Shown: positions 17,528 to 27,469 of the stretch, in pieces
Numbering within the stretch: the stretch's first letter is position 1
Layout of the letters: each line of letters opens with the position of its first letter
IMG/VR virus record: IMGVR_UViG_3300042673_000631
Location: 1-52,123 of that record
Origin: a virus
Taxonomy: Duplodnaviria; Caudoviricetes
DNA length: 52,123 bases
Strand: one strand, 5' to 3'
Notes under the pieces: generated by a model
Told to the model about the DNA's origin: nothing
Databases searched by the model: none
What the model saw: only the letters and a program-made list of their open reading frames with translations
Position numbers and translations under genes: made by a program

Positions 17528-17937
17528 TGGCTCGTGTGGGGAATGCGACGATTCTTTTGGTGGGGGAGAATCGGATGATTGAGGCTTTGAAGTATTTGGG
17601 TAAGTCTGGGACTGTGCCGAAGGTGGGGACTGCGTTGTATATGGTCGCTAATAAGGTGTTTAATGAGTCTCAGAGGCAGGTTCCGTTTCGGACTGGTGCT
17701 TTGCAGTCGTCTGGGTTTGTGTCGCCGTATTCGTATGACGGTCAGACGGTTCATGTTCGTGTTTCGTATGGTAATACGGCTGTTGCTTATGCTGAGAAGC
17801 AACACGACATTAACTTTCCGCATGCACCGGGTCGTAAGTGGCATTATTTGAGTGATCCGCTTAATGACAATCGGGAGAATTTTGAAGCCCAGATGAATAC
17901 GGTGTTGATGCGATTGTTGAAGAAGGTGATGTACTGA
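17527..17937 (+). CDS. HK97 gp10-like neck protein
   Basis: VPFRTGALQSS...YAEKQH...YLSDP motif. Confidence 0.75.
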   Translation: MARVGNATILLVGENRMIEALKYLGKSGTVPKVGTALYMVANKVFNESQRQVPFRTGALQSSGFVSPYSYDGQTVHVRVSYGNTAVAYAEKQHDINFPHAPGRKWHYLSDPLNDNRENFEAQMNTVLMRLLKKVMY

Positions 17938-18332
17938 TGGCTGTTTTGGATGCTTTGGGTGCCCGTTTGGTTTCGTCTGGGGTTGGGACTTTGGGTACGG
18001 ATTTGTGGTTGGCTCAGATGCAAAGCAGTCCTGATGCTTCGGTTGTTTTGATGGAGCAACAGGGTGGGGTAGATCATGTCTTTGGTGCTTCGGTAGCGGG
18101 CACTTATAGGCATACTGTGCTGGTTGTGGCTCGTGCTGGGCGTAATGATTACCCGTCAGCCAGAACTAAGATGCAGGCTGTTCAGGCGAGTCTGGGTGCT
18201 ATTAGAAACCAAACGATTTCGGGGGTTGCTTTCATGTCTGTTTTGGATACTACGGGTCTTTATCCTGCTGGGATGGATGGTGATGAGCGTCCTATGGTTG
18301 CTTGTGAGTTCACTTGTTGGGTGACACCGTGA
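17937..18332 (+). CDS. Tail terminator / minor capsid-like protein
   Basis: Position; DGDERP C-terminal motif. Confidence 0.65.
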   Translation: MAVLDALGARLVSSGVGTLGTDLWLAQMQSSPDASVVLMEQQGGVDHVFGASVAGTYRHTVLVVARAGRNDYPSARTKMQAVQASLGAIRNQTISGVAFMSVLDTTGLYPAGMDGDERPMVACEFTCWVTP

Positions 18333-18541
18333 ACGAGGGCTTGGTTGCGGTTCATAAGGCTCTGTTGGCGGCTCAGGCTTGTTTGGATGCCGCTCAGTCT
18401 GCTTTGGTGGCGGCTTTGGCGATCCAACCTGACTTTGACGATGCGACGGGTTGCCCACATCCAGTAGAGGCTCGGATAAATGTGGCGACTATGGGCGTGG
18501 AAAGTGAAGAGTTCTGCAATGCCTGCGGAAAAAATATCTGA
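18329..18541 (+). CDS. Small protein with C-terminal zinc ribbon
   Basis: GCPHP...FCNACG; GTGA overlap. Confidence 0.55.
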   Translation: MNEGLVAVHKALLAAQACLDAAQSALVAALAIQPDFDDATGCPHPVEARINVATMGVESEEFCNACGKNI

Positions 18542-18686
18542 TCCAGATCCTTACGGTCGCCAGATCCGTCCAGCGGACGAAAACCCCCGCTGTTGGCGGT
18601 GTGCCCGCCTTTTGGCTATCCGTTTGACCCGTCCGTGGCAGGTTATGTGCCCCCGTTGTAAAGCACAGAATAGTCAGGAAGTTTGA
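18519..18686 (+). CDS. Mu Com-like zinc-finger (translational regulator-like) protein
   Basis: RCWRCARLLA...CPRCKAQN matches Com-family CxxC-x~15-CPRC pattern. Confidence 0.7.
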   Translation: MPAEKISDPDPYGRQIRPADENPRCWRCARLLAIRLTRPWQVMCPRCKAQNSQEV

Positions 18687-18719
18687 CCTGAACGGAATAT
18701 GACGGTAGGGTTACGACTC

Positions 18720-19265
18720 ATGTTGAGACGGATTCTTGTTTTGTCGGTTTTGTTGGTTGGTTGTGGCAGTTTGAAGGGGGCTGATTCCCCGCCGACAACT
18801 TCGGTGACGATGCGAACAGATCCCCCTGTGATTGTTCCAGAAACAACTGTGGTGATCCCGACCACCACTACTGTTCCCGTGACTACCACGACTGAGGTTG
18901 ATTGGATTGGTGTTGCTGAGACTTGGGCTTTGCAAACTGATGTGGCTCGTTTTGTTCACGGGCGTTGCGGTGAGTGGCACGATCTGGCGATGACGGTCGG
19001 TTGGCATGAAGAGGAATGGGAAACATTAAGCACCGTTCTGTGGACTGAATCACGATGCGATCCTTCTGCATGGAACGGACATGATGCGGGTTTGAGCCAG
19101 ATAAATCAGATTCATACTGAATGGCTAAACCAAATGGGTTTTTCGCACCCTGATGACATGTTTGATCCTGCGTTGAATCTGGCGTTTGCTTACAAGTTGT
19201 ATTCGTCAAGGGAAGAGAAGGGTCAATGCGGTTGGAAGCCGTGGACTGAACCCTGCAACGACTAA
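18720..19265 (+). CDS. Lipoprotein with SLT/lysozyme-like lytic transglycosylase domain
   Basis: Lipobox LLVGC, Thr/Pro linker, ESRCDPSAWN...GLSQIN...FDPALNL; own promoter TTGACC-17-TAGGGT. Confidence 0.75.
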   Translation: MLRRILVLSVLLVGCGSLKGADSPPTTSVTMRTDPPVIVPETTVVIPTTTTVPVTTTTEVDWIGVAETWALQTDVARFVHGRCGEWHDLAMTVGWHEEEWETLSTVLWTESRCDPSAWNGHDAGLSQINQIHTEWLNQMGFSHPDDMFDPALNLAFAYKLYSSREEKGQCGWKPWTEPCND

Positions 19266-19393
19266 ATAAGAGTTCAGACGATGCGATGATGGTTGTGGCG
19301 TACACTCAAGTTGTCGTGACCATAGTGTCCCCAGCCCATCCGTGACCTTTGTGTCTAGGGCGCGCTGGGAACGCGCGTCTAAAAGGATTCTTT

Positions 19394-19618
19394 GTGGCGA
19401 AGTACAAGGTGTTAATTGGAATTGATACTCCGAGCGGTCGGTATGAGGCTGACGCTCTAGTTGACCACACCTCCATTCCGTCCAAGTCCATTAAATGGTT
19501 GACCGACCAAAAGATCATTGAACTTGTTTCTGGCAAAGCACCTGAAGTGGTTGAAGAAACCGTTGAAGAGGTCGTTGAAGAGGTCGTTGAAGAAGAAGTT
19601 GAAGAAGGCGGTTTCTGA
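19394..19618 (+). CDS. Small acidic-tailed virion protein
   Basis: AAAGGA RBS then GTG; IKWLTDQKIIE, EEVV repeats. Confidence 0.6.
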   Translation: MAKYKVLIGIDTPSGRYEADALVDHTSIPSKSIKWLTDQKIIELVSGKAPEVVEETVEEVVEEVVEEEVEEGGF

Positions 19619-20340
19619 TGGCATTCGTTCACGGTAAATCAACAGTCGTTTTGTTTAATGCGACCAATCTCTCGCCGTATTTGAAGGAAGTTTCAGCCAA
19701 TCAGGGTATTGACATGTCGGATGTGACCGCTTTCGGTACTTCTGGTGCTAAGTCTTACATTCCGGGTTTGAAAGACGGAAAGATTTCGGCTTCTGGAATG
19801 TTTGACGGTGGCTCTGGTGCTAGTGACTCAGTGTTCCAAACGGCTTTGGGTGCCACTGTTGGCGACCTATCAGTTTTCCCTGACACTGATGCGATCGGTA
19901 AGCGTGGCTTCATTGCTGAATGCCACGAAACTTCATACAACTTGTCTAGCCCTGTTGCTGATGTAGTTCAGGCTTCAGCCGAATTTCAGGCAACTGGCGG
20001 AGTTGATTACGCAGTGAGCCTTCAGGCTCTTAGTGCCCAAACCGCTACAGGTAACGGAACTTCTGTGGATAACTCTGCTTCGTCTGCTAACGGTGGTGCA
20101 GGCATGTTGCATGTAACTGCCAACACGCAAGACAGTACGAGCATTGTCAAGATTCAGCATTCGTCTGACAACAGCACTTGGGCTGATCTTGTCACTTTTA
20201 CTACTGTTCCGACCGTCACAACGACTTCGGAAAAGATCGTGGTTGCTTCGGGAACCACTGTTAACCGTTACCTGCGAACCACTCGGACTATCGCTGGAAC
20301 GGGTTCAATCACCTACCAAACCTCATTCGCAAGAAAGTAA
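19618..20340 (+). CDS. Major tail (tube) protein paralog 1 with C-terminal extra beta domain
   Basis: MAFVHGKS...DVTAFGTSGAKSYIPGLKDGKIS; ~100-aa extension. Confidence 0.75.
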   Translation: MAFVHGKSTVVLFNATNLSPYLKEVSANQGIDMSDVTAFGTSGAKSYIPGLKDGKISASGMFDGGSGASDSVFQTALGATVGDLSVFPDTDAIGKRGFIAECHETSYNLSSPVADVVQASAEFQATGGVDYAVSLQALSAQTATGNGTSVDNSASSANGGAGMLHVTANTQDSTSIVKIQHSSDNSTWADLVTFTTVPTVTTTSEKIVVASGTTVNRYLRTTRTIAGTGSITYQTSFARK

Positions 20341-20349
20341 GGAACCGAC

Positions 20350-20766
20350 ATGGCATTCGTACACGGAAAATCAGCAGTATTCAAACTGGACAACTCCAGC
20401 GGAACTTTGACCGACATCAGTTCATACCTCATGGAAGTTTCGTTTCCTGAGAGCATTGACACTGCCGATGTGACGGCGTTTGGTACCACTGGTGCCAAGT
20501 CGTACATCGTCGGTTTGAAAGATGCGAAGATCTCGTTGACTGGCAAGTGGGATGCAACTTTTGATGCACTCGTCGCCGCTGTACTTGGTCAGACCGCTTC
20601 GCTTTCATTTGAGTACGGTCCTGCTGGTTCAACCTCTACTTTTGTTAAGTATTCTGGCGAGGCTTTCGTGACCGCCTACAACATCGGATCGCCAGTTGGC
20701 GATGTCGTTTCCGCTTCGGTGGAATTGCAAGTAACAGGTGCCGTAACCCGCGGTGCTTGGGCATAA
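20350..20766 (+). CDS. Major tail (tube) protein paralog 2
   Basis: MAFVHGKS...DVTAFGTTGAKSYIVGLKDAKIS...LQVTGAVTRG. Confidence 0.8.
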   Translation: MAFVHGKSAVFKLDNSSGTLTDISSYLMEVSFPESIDTADVTAFGTTGAKSYIVGLKDAKISLTGKWDATFDALVAAVLGQTASLSFEYGPAGSTSTFVKYSGEAFVTAYNIGSPVGDVVSASVELQVTGAVTRGAWA

Positions 20767-20789
20767 TTAACAACCTATAAGGAGCAAAA

Positions 20790-21140
20790 GTGTCCCTTCG
20801 TGACCGAATTTTAGCCGCCAATGACATTGAGTCAAAGGTGTTCCATGTAGCCCAATGGGGTATTGACATTGAATTGCGAACGCTCAGTGCTTCTGATCGT
20901 GCCCAGTTGGTCAGTTCCTGTATGAGTGCTGACGGGACGGTTGATATTCAAAAGATGTATCCGTCGCTCATCATTGCGTGTGTTTACGATCCCGAAACTG
21001 GTGGTCGTGTTTTCTCTGTTGAAGACATGGATGCCATTTCAGATAAGTCTGCGTCTGCTGTGGAGTTTGTGGCACAGAAGGCAATGGAAATGTCGGGTAT
21101 GAAGCCTGATGCGATTGATGAAGAGGGAAAAGGCAATTAG
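20790..21140 (+). CDS. Tail assembly chaperone (gpG-like)
   Basis: Between tail tube and tape measure; ends at slippery GGGAAAA. Confidence 0.8.
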   Translation: MSLRDRILAANDIESKVFHVAQWGIDIELRTLSASDRAQLVSSCMSADGTVDIQKMYPSLIIACVYDPETGGRVFSVEDMDAISDKSASAVEFVAQKAMEMSGMKPDAIDEEGKGN

Positions 21141-21322
21141 CCGATCCCGAATATAGGTATTACTTCGTCCTTTCAGAGCGTTTGGGGCGGACAGTTGAAG
21201 AGTTGTTGTGGGGATCACCAAATCATCGTCCGCTGAGTTCAGACGAACTGATTGGGTGGGCGGCACATGACAAATTAACTGCGTGGGAGCGTGAACAAGC
21301 GATGGCGAAGGCGAGAAGATAG
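21125..21322 (+). CDS. Tail assembly chaperone -1 frameshift extension (gpGT-like)
   Basis: G GGA AAA at 21125-21131; -1 frame reads RQLADPEYRYYFVLSERLGRTVEELL...LSSDELIGWAAH...ARR to TAG 21320-21322. Confidence 0.8.
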   Translation, partial: GKRQLADPEYRYYFVLSERLGRTVEELLWGSPNHRPLSSDELIGWAAHDKLTAWEREQAMAKARR

Positions 21323-21325
21323 CAA

Positions 21326-24300
21326 ATGGCTATAACCGTTGACGCTGTACTTGGTGCTGATGTATCTGGCTTTGTCTCAGGGATGGGGCAGGCTCAACAG
21401 GCGTTCTCAAATACTGCTAAGACAATCACTGGTGGCACCAATGCGATGGGGTCTAGCCTTCAGTCCACTACTAACGCCAGTAATGCTTTCCATGACGCGG
21501 CGGTCAAGATGGGTGTGGCTGTTGGTGTTGCTGGGCTGGCGTTAGTTAAGTTCAGTCATAGCGCATTTGGTGTTGCGGCGGATGTTGCCGAAATGAATGT
21601 GGCGATGGAGGCTGTGGGTAAGTCGTCGGGTGTTGGTGGTAAAGCGTTGACGGATGCCGCCGTAGCGGTCCGTAAACAGGGTATTGAAATGAAGGCATCT
21701 CAGGAGATTGCTTTGCTTTTCGTGAAGTCAAACCTTGATTTGGCGGATGCGAGCAAGTTGGCTCGTGTTGCTCAAGACTTTGCTGTGTTGTCGCAAAGAA
21801 ACTCAACCGATGTTGCTAAAACGCTTGCTTACGCTATTCAGACGGGCAACAGTATGTTGCTTAAGGGTGTGGGTATCACTAAGTACGCTGGTGAAGCGTA
21901 TGCGGAGTATGCAACTAAGTTAGGTAAGTCGTCTAACAACTTAACTAACTCGGAACGCCAGCAAGCAATTTTGAACATGGTTATGGATGAGGGTGCGAAG
22001 GTTGCTGGTACTTATGAAGCGGCGATGACTGAATCTGGGAAGGTTCTTCGTTCGTTCCCTCGTATTATCAACGACATTAAGTTGGAGTTTGGAACCCTAT
22101 TTTTGGATGGTTTTGGTCCTGTCATTTTGGCGGCGTATTCAACTTTCAAACAGTTCTCATTGATGATTCGTGAGGGTGGAGCGTTGCACCCGATCATTAC
22201 GGCTTTGACACAATCGTTTACTACTTTGATTTCGCCGTTACAAGGCGTTTTCAAAAATATGAAGCATGCGATGGAGATGTTTCAGTTAGGCAGTTTTGAT
22301 ATTGACGCTGTTTCTGCTCGGATCACTGAGTTGTTACCGCTGATTACTGCGTTGTCTGTCGGTTTGGCGGCGTTCGCTGGTAAAGACATTGTTGGTCAAA
22401 TCCCAGTTTTGGGTCAATGGTTACAGAAATTAACAGCAGGCATTAGTCCGCTGGGGCTTGGTATAGCGACCCTCATTTTGATGTCGCCAGAACTTCGTGC
22501 CGTATTTATGGATTTAGTAAAGAGTTTGGAACCGTTGTTGCCTGTGGTTATGGATCTTGGGGAAACAATCATGGATTCCATGAACCAAGTGTTAAAGGCT
22601 GTTGCCAATGTTGCTCAAGGAATGCAAGGTTCAATAGTTTCTATTCTGACTGGAATGGTCAATGCGATATCGGCGATCAGTGTTGTTGTTTTGCCTGTGA
22701 TTAACGGTTTAGCGTCGCTGTTGACTGTTCTGACTGCCAACAAAGCAGTTATGGCGGCGTTGTTGCCAATCATCATGGCTTTTGTTGTTCAAAAGAAGTT
22801 GATGGGTCTTAACGCTGATGGTTCTGCAAAGGCGTTAACAAAGTTGGTAACAGGCTTTAAAACTTTTGGTGCCAGCATGCGAGATACGATTACATACCAA
22901 AAAACTTTAGCGGCTAATAATTTTAATTTTATTTCTTCGTTTGGGGCTTTACGAGCGGCAGGTGTTGCCTCTTTTAAATCAATTGCTGTGGCGGCTAAAG
23001 GTTTAATGGCTTCTCTCGGACCAATGATTTTGGCAATGGTTGCTATTCAACTTGTGGTTGCGGCGATCGGTGCGTTTGGTGCAAAGCAGAAAGAAAATGC
23101 CGCTCGTACTAAAGAGATGAGTGAGGCTTTGCGTGACAATACGAAAGCGTTGCTAGAAAACAAAGAGGCTCTTCTTGAGGGTGCTGACGGTTCCGACCTT
23201 TTGTCTGACGCTATTTTTAAGACGGGCGAAGACAGTGCCAAACTTGTTGCGGCTTTTGGCAAACTTAATCAGGTTGCTAGTTTGGAAAGTTTCGCTTCTG
23301 CCCACGATAATTTTAGGCAATTTGCTGAAGAAATTTTGGTTGCTGAAGGTGCTACGAGATCAGCCGCTAAATCAATGGCAAAGTTGATTGACGATACTGA
23401 CGGCAACGATTTTGACGCTTATGACGGTGATGCTTTCCAGCCTATGTTGATGGCGTTGGAGGAAATCCAAGACCAGATTGAAAAAACTGACTTTTCAAAA
23501 ATCATTCAAGATCAAGTTGACATGTTGATGGGTAGCGGTCAGTTAACGACTGGGATAATTGCTGAGGCTCAGGCTTTGGCTAATGCTGACGCGGCAAAGT
23601 TCGGTTACGGTGAAGCCGCTACAGACGCGGCGTTTGCAAATTATTTGATGGCTGGAGCAACAGATTACGCTCGGCGAATGCTTGAAGGTGAAAATGAGGC
23701 TGTTGCAGTTGGGATTATGCTTCACGGCGATTTAATGATGAATAAGCGTGAACTAAACAAAATGAACCAAGTAGAGCATGTCGCTGTTAAGTCGTTGACT
23801 GAAACCTATTTGGAACTTCAAATTGCCAACGGCGGTAATGCTGTCGCGTTAGATGACTATGCGAAGAGTGTTCAGGGTGCGTATCGTGACACGATCTCGT
23901 TGTTTAGGGCAAACAGGACTTTGAGTGCAACACTTAAAACTGCCGCCCAAGACATTATTTACGGTGAACAAACTTTTGACGACTTTAAGAACACTGCTTA
24001 CGACATTGGCGATGCGATCTTAACTTTCAACAAGAATTTGATTGACCAGAAGTTGCCGTTGGAAGAGGTTGAAAGCAAAACTGCGGCGTATGTTCAGCAA
24101 TTGATTGGTGCGGGTATTCAGGCTGGGTACAGTAAGGAAGCGATCAAAGAAGTTGTTGACGCTATGAATTTGGTTAACGGCACTACGGCTACTTTGTATT
24201 TTGATTTGTCTTCGGCTCAAGCGGCTTTGGATGCTATAGCGGCTGTTTATAAGGCTGTTTATTTGATTAGCAATGATACGGCGGGCTTGAAGAAGATGAC

Positions 24301-25729
24301 TGATGCTATGCGTGAGGCTCAAATCGCTGTTGACAGTTTTAATACTAAAAAGGCTGGCAAGAGTGGTGGCGGCGGTGGTGGTGGTTCTAAGCCTAAGCAA
24401 GAGGATCCGTTCGCTTGGGTTAAGGGTTGGGTTGACGATCTTGTGTCGTATGCGAACGATCAGATTTCTAGTTCTACGCTCGGTGATCTTCTCGGTTTGA
24501 CGGGTGAAGAGACTACGGGTGACAAGGTTCGTGGTGTGTTTAAGGATTTGAATGCTCAGGCTGAGAAGTTGGGTTTGAAGAACATTCCTGCTGTTGCTTC
24601 TGCTTTGAACAGTTTGAAAACAAAGTATGAGCAGTTGGCGAAGATGGCTGAGTCTCGTGATCTTTTGGGTGGTCGCATTGAAGATGCAAAGATCAAGATC
24701 GGCGAGTTGGAGTCGTTGATTTCTGGTTTGGCTGAAACTTTGAAGAATCTTCAGGAAGAGGCTGGTGGTATCGCTCAGGGTTACGGTCTGAATATTGTTG
24801 GTGCTATTTTGCCGACTGATTCGGCGTTGGATAAGGCTCGTGCGGCGTTAACTGAGTATCAGCGGTTGGTTGACGAGCGTAATGCGATCATCCAGAACGC
24901 TCAGGCGTATGCCGTACAGGTAGCGACAAGCATGATGCCTCCGTTAAGTGAGTCAAATACGGTTGCTCGTGCTTCACGGGTTCTTCGTTTGGCTCAGGAG
25001 TTCCGTGACGGTATTTCGGAGATGCGAGATCGTGGTTTCCCGAAGGACATGATCGCTGAGGTTATTGGTGCGGGTGTGGTTTCGGGTGGCAAGTTGGCTC
25101 GTGGTTTGTTGGCGATGTCCGCTGGTGATCTGTCTGATTTGGTAGATATTCGTTCGCAGATTGCCAGTGTCGCTAATGAAACAGCAATTAGTGCTACGAC
25201 AATCATGTTTGATCCTTCTCAGGTCAGGGATTTGAATGACCAGATTGCGGCTCAAGGCAGGATTGTTGAGGATCTTTGGGGTGGGGTTATTGCTGGGGCA
25301 CAGGCGGCGTTAACGACCGCTCAAACTGAGTTGGCTAATCAAAACATTTTGTTGGCTGATTTGAATACGCAGTTGGCGGATGCGAACACTGCTATCGCCC
25401 AGTTGGTGAGTGCTATTCAGGTTGAGTTCCATGATGCCATGTTTGAATTTTTGGCTGGGTTTAACGGTGCGATTGATCGTTTGGTGACTCCGACCACGGC
25501 TGGCGTAACCCCGTTCGCTAATGGCGGCATCGTGACTATGCCAACAATTGGTCTGGTGGGCGAGGCTGGCGCAGAAGCAATCATTCCTTTGTCCCAGATG
25601 GGTTCTTTGGGGACTACGAATGTGTATGTGACGGTTCAGGGTACGGTTTCTTCGGAGCGGGATCTTGTTGAGGCTGTTCGTGTTGGTTTGGTGAAGGCTC
25701 AGAAATCTGGGCGGGGTCTGTTGATATGA
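21326..25729 (+). CDS. Tape measure protein
   Basis: 1467 aa Ala/Leu-rich helical; C-term FANGGIVT...VGEAGAEAIIPL. Confidence 0.9.
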   Translation: MAITVDAVLGADVSGFVSGMGQAQQAFSNTAKTITGGTNAMGSSLQSTTNASNAFHDAAVKMGVAVGVAGLALVKFSHSAFGVAADVAEMNVAMEAVGKSSGVGGKALTDAAVAVRKQGIEMKASQEIALLFVKSNLDLADASKLARVAQDFAVLSQRNSTDVAKTLAYAIQTGNSMLLKGVGITKYAGEAYAEYATKLGKSSNNLTNSERQQAILNMVMDEGAKVAGTYEAAMTESGKVLRSFPRIINDIKLEFGTLFLDGFGPVILAAYSTFKQFSLMIREGGALHPIITALTQSFTTLISPLQGVFKNMKHAMEMFQLGSFDIDAVSARITELLPLITALSVGLAAFAGKDIVGQIPVLGQWLQKLTAGISPLGLGIATLILMSPELRAVFMDLVKSLEPLLPVVMDLGETIMDSMNQVLKAVANVAQGMQGSIVSILTGMVNAISAISVVVLPVINGLASLLTVLTANKAVMAALLPIIMAFVVQKKLMGLNADGSAKALTKLVTGFKTFGASMRDTITYQKTLAANNFNFISSFGALRAAGVASFKSIAVAAKGLMASLGPMILAMVAIQLVVAAIGAFGAKQKENAARTKEMSEALRDNTKALLENKEALLEGADGSDLLSDAIFKTGEDSAKLVAAFGKLNQVASLESFASAHDNFRQFAEEILVAEGATRSAAKSMAKLIDDTDGNDFDAYDGDAFQPMLMALEEIQDQIEKTDFSKIIQDQVDMLMGSGQLTTGIIAEAQALANADAAKFGYGEAATDAAFANYLMAGATDYARRMLEGENEAVAVGIMLHGDLMMNKRELNKMNQVEHVAVKSLTETYLELQIANGGNAVALDDYAKSVQGAYRDTISLFRANRTLSATLKTAAQDIIYGEQTFDDFKNTAYDIGDAILTFNKNLIDQKLPLEEVESKTAAYVQQLIGAGIQAGYSKEAIKEVVDAMNLVNGTTATLYFDLSSAQAALDAIAAVYKAVYLISNDTAGLKKMTDAMREAQIAVDSFNTKKAGKSGGGGGGGSKPKQEDPFAWVKGWVDDLVSYANDQISSSTLGDLLGLTGEETTGDKVRGVFKDLNAQAEKLGLKNIPAVASALNSLKTKYEQLAKMAESRDLLGGRIEDAKIKIGELESLISGLAETLKNLQEEAGGIAQGYGLNIVGAILPTDSALDKARAALTEYQRLVDERNAIIQNAQAYAVQVATSMMPPLSESNTVARASRVLRLAQEFRDGISEMRDRGFPKDMIAEVIGAGVVSGGKLARGLLAMSAGDLSDLVDIRSQIASVANETAISATTIMFDPSQVRDLNDQIAAQGRIVEDLWGGVIAGAQAALTTAQTELANQNILLADLNTQLADANTAIAQLVSAIQVEFHDAMFEFLAGFNGAIDRLVTPTTAGVTPFANGGIVTMPTIGLVGEAGAEAIIPLSQMGSLGTTNVYVTVQGTVSSERDLVEAVRVGLVKAQKSGRGLLI

Positions 25730-26973
25730 GTTTGCCGAATATTCGTGTGTACATTAAGCCTGACGCGGCGTTTAAGGCTTCGGGTAACGGTATTTTGGGT
25801 ACGAGTTTGTTGGGTGCGGGTTTTCTTTTGGGTCCGCCGTCTGCGGCGTTTGTTGAGTTGACACCGATTACTGCGGTGAGTATTCGTCGTGGTCGGACGC
25901 GTGCGACTGACAGTTTTGATGCTGGTGCGGCGACAGCAACTTTTGTGGACACTACAGGTACTTTTAATCCTGATAACACGAGTTCTATTTTGTATGTTGG
26001 TGGGGTTTCGTATATCAAGCCGTTACGCCAGTTCAAAATTACGACTGTTATTGGTGGTGCAGAGTATTCGCTTTTTAACGGGTATGTGAACGATTACAAG
26101 TACGAATATTCGCAGGGTGTTAACGCTGTTCAGGTCACAATTTCTGCTGTTGACCCGTTTCGTGTGTTGAGTTTAGGAAATGTGGAAACTATTGCTGGTG
26201 CTACATATAACGAGTTGAGTTCTGCTCGGATATCAAAAATTCTTAACCAAGCATCTATCCCTACTGGTGTTCAAAACATTTTGACTGGTGACAGTTATGT
26301 GACAGACGATCCTGCCAATCTTCGGTCAGGTTTAGAAGCGGTTCAGCAGGTTGAACATACGGAGATGGGTGCTTTTTTTGTTGATCGTAACGGAAAATTT
26401 ACTTTTTATGGTCGTAAATATTTGCAACAGTTAGCGGCAGGGTATGCGAAGACTCCGCTTGTTTTTAATGAGACTTCAGGTTTGGCGTTTGAGGCTATAA
26501 CACAAACTTTTGATGACGAAAACATTACGAATGACATAACGATTAACGGTCCTGACATTTTGGAAGTGCAGAAGACTGATGCAACCAGTATTTTGGATTA
26601 TTCGTCTAGGAGTACGGTGCTTTCAGGTTTGTTGTTGGTGACTGATGCTGAGGCAGAAAATTTGGCTAACTATTTGTTGAGTTCTCGTAAGGATCCTCAG
26701 TTGGTTATTAGTGGTATTGAGGTGTCGCCGATGTCTTTGTCGGATGCGAACTTGTTGTCGGTTGTTGTTTGTGATTTGTTGGATCCGATTACTTTGACGA
26801 AAAAGTATTCGGGTTCCGCTATTGATTTGACTCGTACTTTGACGATTCAAGGTATTGACCATGATATTCGTCCGGGTTCGTGGAGTTTGAAGTTTGGTTT
26901 GGCTGAACCTGTTGGTGGGGATGCTCTTGTTTTGGATTATGGCAAACTTGATGTGAATACTTTGGGTTACTGA
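25726..26973 (+). CDS. Minor tail (hub/baseplate) protein
   Basis: SIRRGR...FDAG.A..., follows TMP. Confidence 0.7.
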   Translation: MSLPNIRVYIKPDAAFKASGNGILGTSLLGAGFLLGPPSAAFVELTPITAVSIRRGRTRATDSFDAGAATATFVDTTGTFNPDNTSSILYVGGVSYIKPLRQFKITTVIGGAEYSLFNGYVNDYKYEYSQGVNAVQVTISAVDPFRVLSLGNVETIAGATYNELSSARISKILNQASIPTGVQNILTGDSYVTDDPANLRSGLEAVQQVEHTEMGAFFVDRNGKFTFYGRKYLQQLAAGYAKTPLVFNETSGLAFEAITQTFDDENITNDITINGPDILEVQKTDATSILDYSSRSTVLSGLLLVTDAEAENLANYLLSSRKDPQLVISGIEVSPMSLSDANLLSVVVCDLLDPITLTKKYSGSAIDLTRTLTIQGIDHDIRPGSWSLKFGLAEPVGGDALVLDYGKLDVNTLGY

Positions 26974-26983
26974 AAGGTTAGAT

Positions 26984-27469
26984 ATGACTATTACTCCGCT
27001 TTCTACTTCTTATTTGGACGGGTCTGTTTTTTCGGCTTCTGACATTAATGCTACGAACACGGCGGTGAATGCGAACACTGCTATTCGTTCGTTGATTGCC
27101 GCTAAGGGTGACCTTTTGTCGGGTAGTGCTGATGACACGCTTGTTAAAACGACTGTTGGTGCTAATAACACGGTGCTTTATGCTGATAGTGGTCAGTCTG
27201 GTGGTGTTTTTTGGGGGACTATTACTTCGGCGATGATTACGGATGGCACGATTACTGGTACAGACATTGCTTCTGGGACAATAACTTCAGCGAACATTGT
27301 TGACGGCACAATTACAACCACTGACATCAGTGCTTCGGCGGCTATTTCGTACACAAAATTGGCTGGTGTTTACAATAACGCTGGTTCAACAAACCCTAAA
27401 ATAACTATTTCAACTTCTAGTGGTTCTGGTCAGGCTGGAGCATTAGGTGATGTTTGGTTCCAATACTGA
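26984..27469 (+). CDS. Minor tail / fiber-base protein
   Basis: AKGDLL, repeated ITDGTIT, GDVWFQY. Confidence 0.65.
   Translation: MTITPLSTSYLDGSVFSASDINATNTAVNANTAIRSLIAAKGDLLSGSADDTLVKTTVGANNTVLYADSGQSGGVFWGTITSAMITDGTITGTDIASGTITSANIVDGTITTTDISASAAISYTKLAGVYNNAGSTNPKITISTSSGSGQAGALGDVWFQY

Noticed and set aside
20064-20072. Single perfect DnaA box in tail tube gene
   Set aside because: Isolated and explained by coding for S-V-D-N
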